From Pirellula staleyi DSM 6068 (GTDB taxonomy: Bacteria > Planctomycetota > Planctomycetia > Pirellulales > Pirellulaceae): DNA of 32,000 nt. A program made the position numbers and the translations under genes. This document shows, one piece after another, positions 29,900 through 32,000 of the stretch (the stretch's first letter is position 1; each line of letters opens with the position of its first letter). The DNA is taken from assembly GCA_000025185.1 (NCBI GenBank), contig CP001848.1, forward strand, positions 4,950,001-4,982,000, given 5' to 3'. A model generated the notes under the pieces. That model saw nothing but the letters and a program-made list of their open reading frames with translations, was not told the origin of the DNA and made no database searches.

Positions 29900-32000
29900 T
29901 TAGCTCGCTTGGCGATGCAGCAGCGATTTTCCTTGCTGGACTAGTCGACGTATCTCGCGAATCACAATCTGTCGGACCGATTTTCGGCGTTTCGCCTCGG
30001 CCAACAAAGCCAACTGGGAAGGTGGCCCCATCACAGGATCGAGTTGCTGAACTTCCAGCGCTCGCAAACGGTCGACCAGCGCCCCTCGCTCTTCATGCAG
30101 TTGATTCACGTCGGATCGAAGTCCCTCGGCAACTCGCTGCCAATGCTGCACCTGACCAATCAACCAATCGCGATGGGCCAGCACATCTCCTTGCGATGCT
30201 TTGTAAAAGATGCGGGGCGAACTTTCCGCCAGGGGGGCATACTTGCTGGCCAGCACCAGCCGACTGGTAAGGGCCGAGACTAACGAGAGTTCCTGCGGTA
30301 GGAAATCGGGGATTGGATCGCCAGCATGCTCGAGCAAAAATTTTCCCAAGGCAGTGTAAATCGCTGCCGAAGCTGATTTCCAAACGCGTGCTGCCTCGAC
30401 AACGTCTCCACGACCCAAATGCAGATGCCCTAAATGCCAAGCTGCTTCCGCTGTCTTTGTCAGGAGTGTGGGGCTGTAGTCGGCAGCTGGAATCTCGAGA
30501 ACTTCTGAAAAACAGTGCGCTGCCCGATCATGGGCCCCGCGCTTAAGCGCCAAAATCCCGAGCACAAATTGCAAACTGACATGCCACCGCAGAGCGTTGG
30601 GATTGCAGGGTGGGATTTCCAGGTAGCGTTCGATCTCAGAGATCAAATCCGCAGTCAACTCAGGCGTCGATTGCTTGATCCGCCGGTAAGCCTCAACACA
30701 TAGTGCCGCCCCTCGATCGGCACTAGCTGCCGAAGCCACTTCCTTTGTGGCAGCGATCCAACGCTCCATGACGGCGTCGCATTCGCTGCGCGCTCCAATC
30801 GAAACCATCGACCAAAGGAGCCATGGGTTTTCATAGTCCCGCCCAAACGCCAAAGCGTTTCCGGCGGCCTTCATTTCCGCGGCGCTGGCGTAGCGTTCGT
30901 GGTACGGGACCGCTCGACCGGCATCGACCGGACTGCTGGCGACTGCCAGCCACCATTCCGCTTCCACATCCAGCGAATCGACCGACGAAAGTCGCTCCAA
31001 AGTGCGTGGTTTTGGCTTCCAGGCCAGGGGCATATCGAGGCGTTTACAACGATCGGCGCTTTGGGCAAACAGCCACTCGACATCAAACTGGCTGGCGATC
31101 TGCGCTTTGAATTTCTGACCGTCGTAGACCTGCAGATGGTGCGGGTTGGGATCGTGGCCCGATTCGTCGCGCCAGTCGTTGGGAACGCTCGCGATAATCC
31201 GGCCACCAGGCACCAAAATACGCCGAAACTCCGCGAGTAAACTCTCGGGGTCTGCCACATGCTCGAGCGTCTCAAAACTCACCACAGCATGCACCGAGTG
31301 GTCGGCAATCGGTGCCAAACATTCGGGGAGAAACCCTACGCGAAACTCGGTTCGCTGTCGCTCGTCGGTAAAATTCGCCTGCGCGTAGTCGATAGCAAAC
31401 GGACTTCCATCGATGCCAATCACGCGTTCCGCTTTGGTGTTGCGCGCTAAGAGGTGGCTGCCGTAACCAAGTCCGCAAGCAGCATCGAGCACCGTGTCGC
31501 CCGGTCGAATGTACTGCGCGGCCAAGTGATAACGGACGACATGAGCATCGGAGCGGCTGCCGCTTTCGCGGAGCATGTCCATGTGCAACCCACGTTCTTC
31601 ATTCAGACAGGCGAGTGGATAACGCGCGAGTGTCGCTTCGGGAATCTTCTCGAGCGGGATCAAAATCGAGTCGGGATCGCGCTGCAGCGATAGGTAGTCG
31701 TTGAGCCAGTAATAGTCGGGATGCTTCCGAAATCCGGCCGAAAAACAGAGCGATTCCCACGCCTGACGCAGTTGCGCCGAGGGGTGCGTTGGATGAGCTT
31801 CAGTTGCTTTTGTGCGAACTCGCAACAGAAGTGTGCGGCGGGTTACTCGGTACAGTTCGGCTAAGACAGCAGGGAGATCGCCTGCGGCGATATGCTCGAG
31901 CAGATGCATCGCCACCACGGTCGAAAAACTTTGCTTGGCATAGGGCAACTGGAACGCCGAACCGACCTTGAGTCGACTCGCCAATTCAGGGGCAGATCGG
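29900..32000 (-). CDS. Multidomain protein with tandem class-I SAM methyltransferase domains, a helical (TPR-like) region and a C-terminal coiled coil. The N-terminus lies beyond the window end.
   Basis: The frame stays open upstream of the track's TTG (31984) to nt 32000 (RSAPE-LASRLKVGSAFQLPYAKQSFSTVVAMHLLEHI...), which is the tail of a first Methyltransf_11-like domain. The second domain is complete: VLDAACGLGYG (about 31460..31492), IGIDGS, VVSFETLEHVADP, ILVPGGRIIASVPN. A helical region follows, then a heptad-like, basic C-terminus (aa about 600-694). Stop codon at 29900..29902. Confidence 0.85.
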   Translation of the reverse strand, partial: RSAPELASRLKVGSAFQLPYAKQSFSTVVAMHLLEHIAAGDLPAVLAELYRVTRRTLLLRVRTKATEAHPTHPSAQLRQAWESLCFSAGFRKHPDYYWLNDYLSLQRDPDSILIPLEKIPEATLARYPLACLNEERGLHMDMLRESGSRSDAHVVRYHLAAQYIRPGDTVLDAACGLGYGSHLLARNTKAERVIGIDGSPFAIDYAQANFTDERQRTEFRVGFLPECLAPIADHSVHAVVSFETLEHVADPESLLAEFRRILVPGGRIIASVPNDWRDESGHDPNPHHLQVYDGQKFKAQIASQFDVEWLFAQSADRCKRLDMPLAWKPKPRTLERLSSVDSLDVEAEWWLAVASSPVDAGRAVPYHERYASAAEMKAAGNALAFGRDYENPWLLWSMVSIGARSECDAVMERWIAATKEVASAASADRGAALCVEAYRRIKQSTPELTADLISEIERYLEIPPCNPNALRWHVSLQFVLGILALKRGAHDRAAHCFSEVLEIPAADYSPTLLTKTAEAAWHLGHLHLGRGDVVEAARVWKSASAAIYTALGKFLLEHAGDPIPDFLPQELSLVSALTSRLVLASKYAPLAESSPRIFYKASQGDVLAHRDWLIGQVQHWQRVAEGLRSDVNQLHEERGALVDRLRALEVQQLDPVMGPPSQLALLAEAKRRKSVRQIVIREIRRLVQQGKSLLHRQAS

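Overview
GC-rich bacterial chromosomal segment. The gene content (DUF1570-like HExxH protein, tandem DUF1080 protein, PQQ-like beta-propeller, Tat-exported enzymes, weak or absent Shine-Dalgarno sites) fits Planctomycetota (Pirellulales-like); this is an inference, not a database hit. I support 21 protein-coding genes, two of them cut by the window edges. I found no rRNA, tRNA, CRISPR array, transposase or integrase. Most of the window is ordinary core genome: trpB-trpA, mutM, alaS, ggt, corA, two MscS-family channels and a run of exported enzymes. The many long ORFs antisense to real genes (for example 610 aa opposite alaS) look like GC-driven shadow ORFs and I rejected them. The best candidate for an uncharacterised system is a single 1119-aa polypeptide (25975..29334, minus) fusing a fatty acyl-AMP ligase, an acyl carrier domain and a PLP-dependent alpha-oxoamine synthase, all with intact catalytic motifs. 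It is a self-contained module predicted to make a long-chain alpha-amino ketone (sphingoid-base-like) lipid. It lies downstream of a 565-bp ORF-poor spacer and a tandem-methyltransferase/helical-repeat/coiled-coil protein that runs off the window end. Secondary items: (a) a compositionally atypical low-GC islet (about 20.7-22.3 kb) with two ORFan genes, next to an orphan DUF2185/Imm33-like protein carrying a poly-acidic tail; (b) an adjacent M14 carboxypeptidase pair in which the second copy has altered zinc-ligand positions; (c) ggt overlapping a DUF1570-type HExxH protein by ATGA; (d) a 460-bp ORF-free structured region holding a minus-oriented terminator-like hairpin with no gene to terminate. 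All functional calls come from motif recognition by eye; no searches were run.
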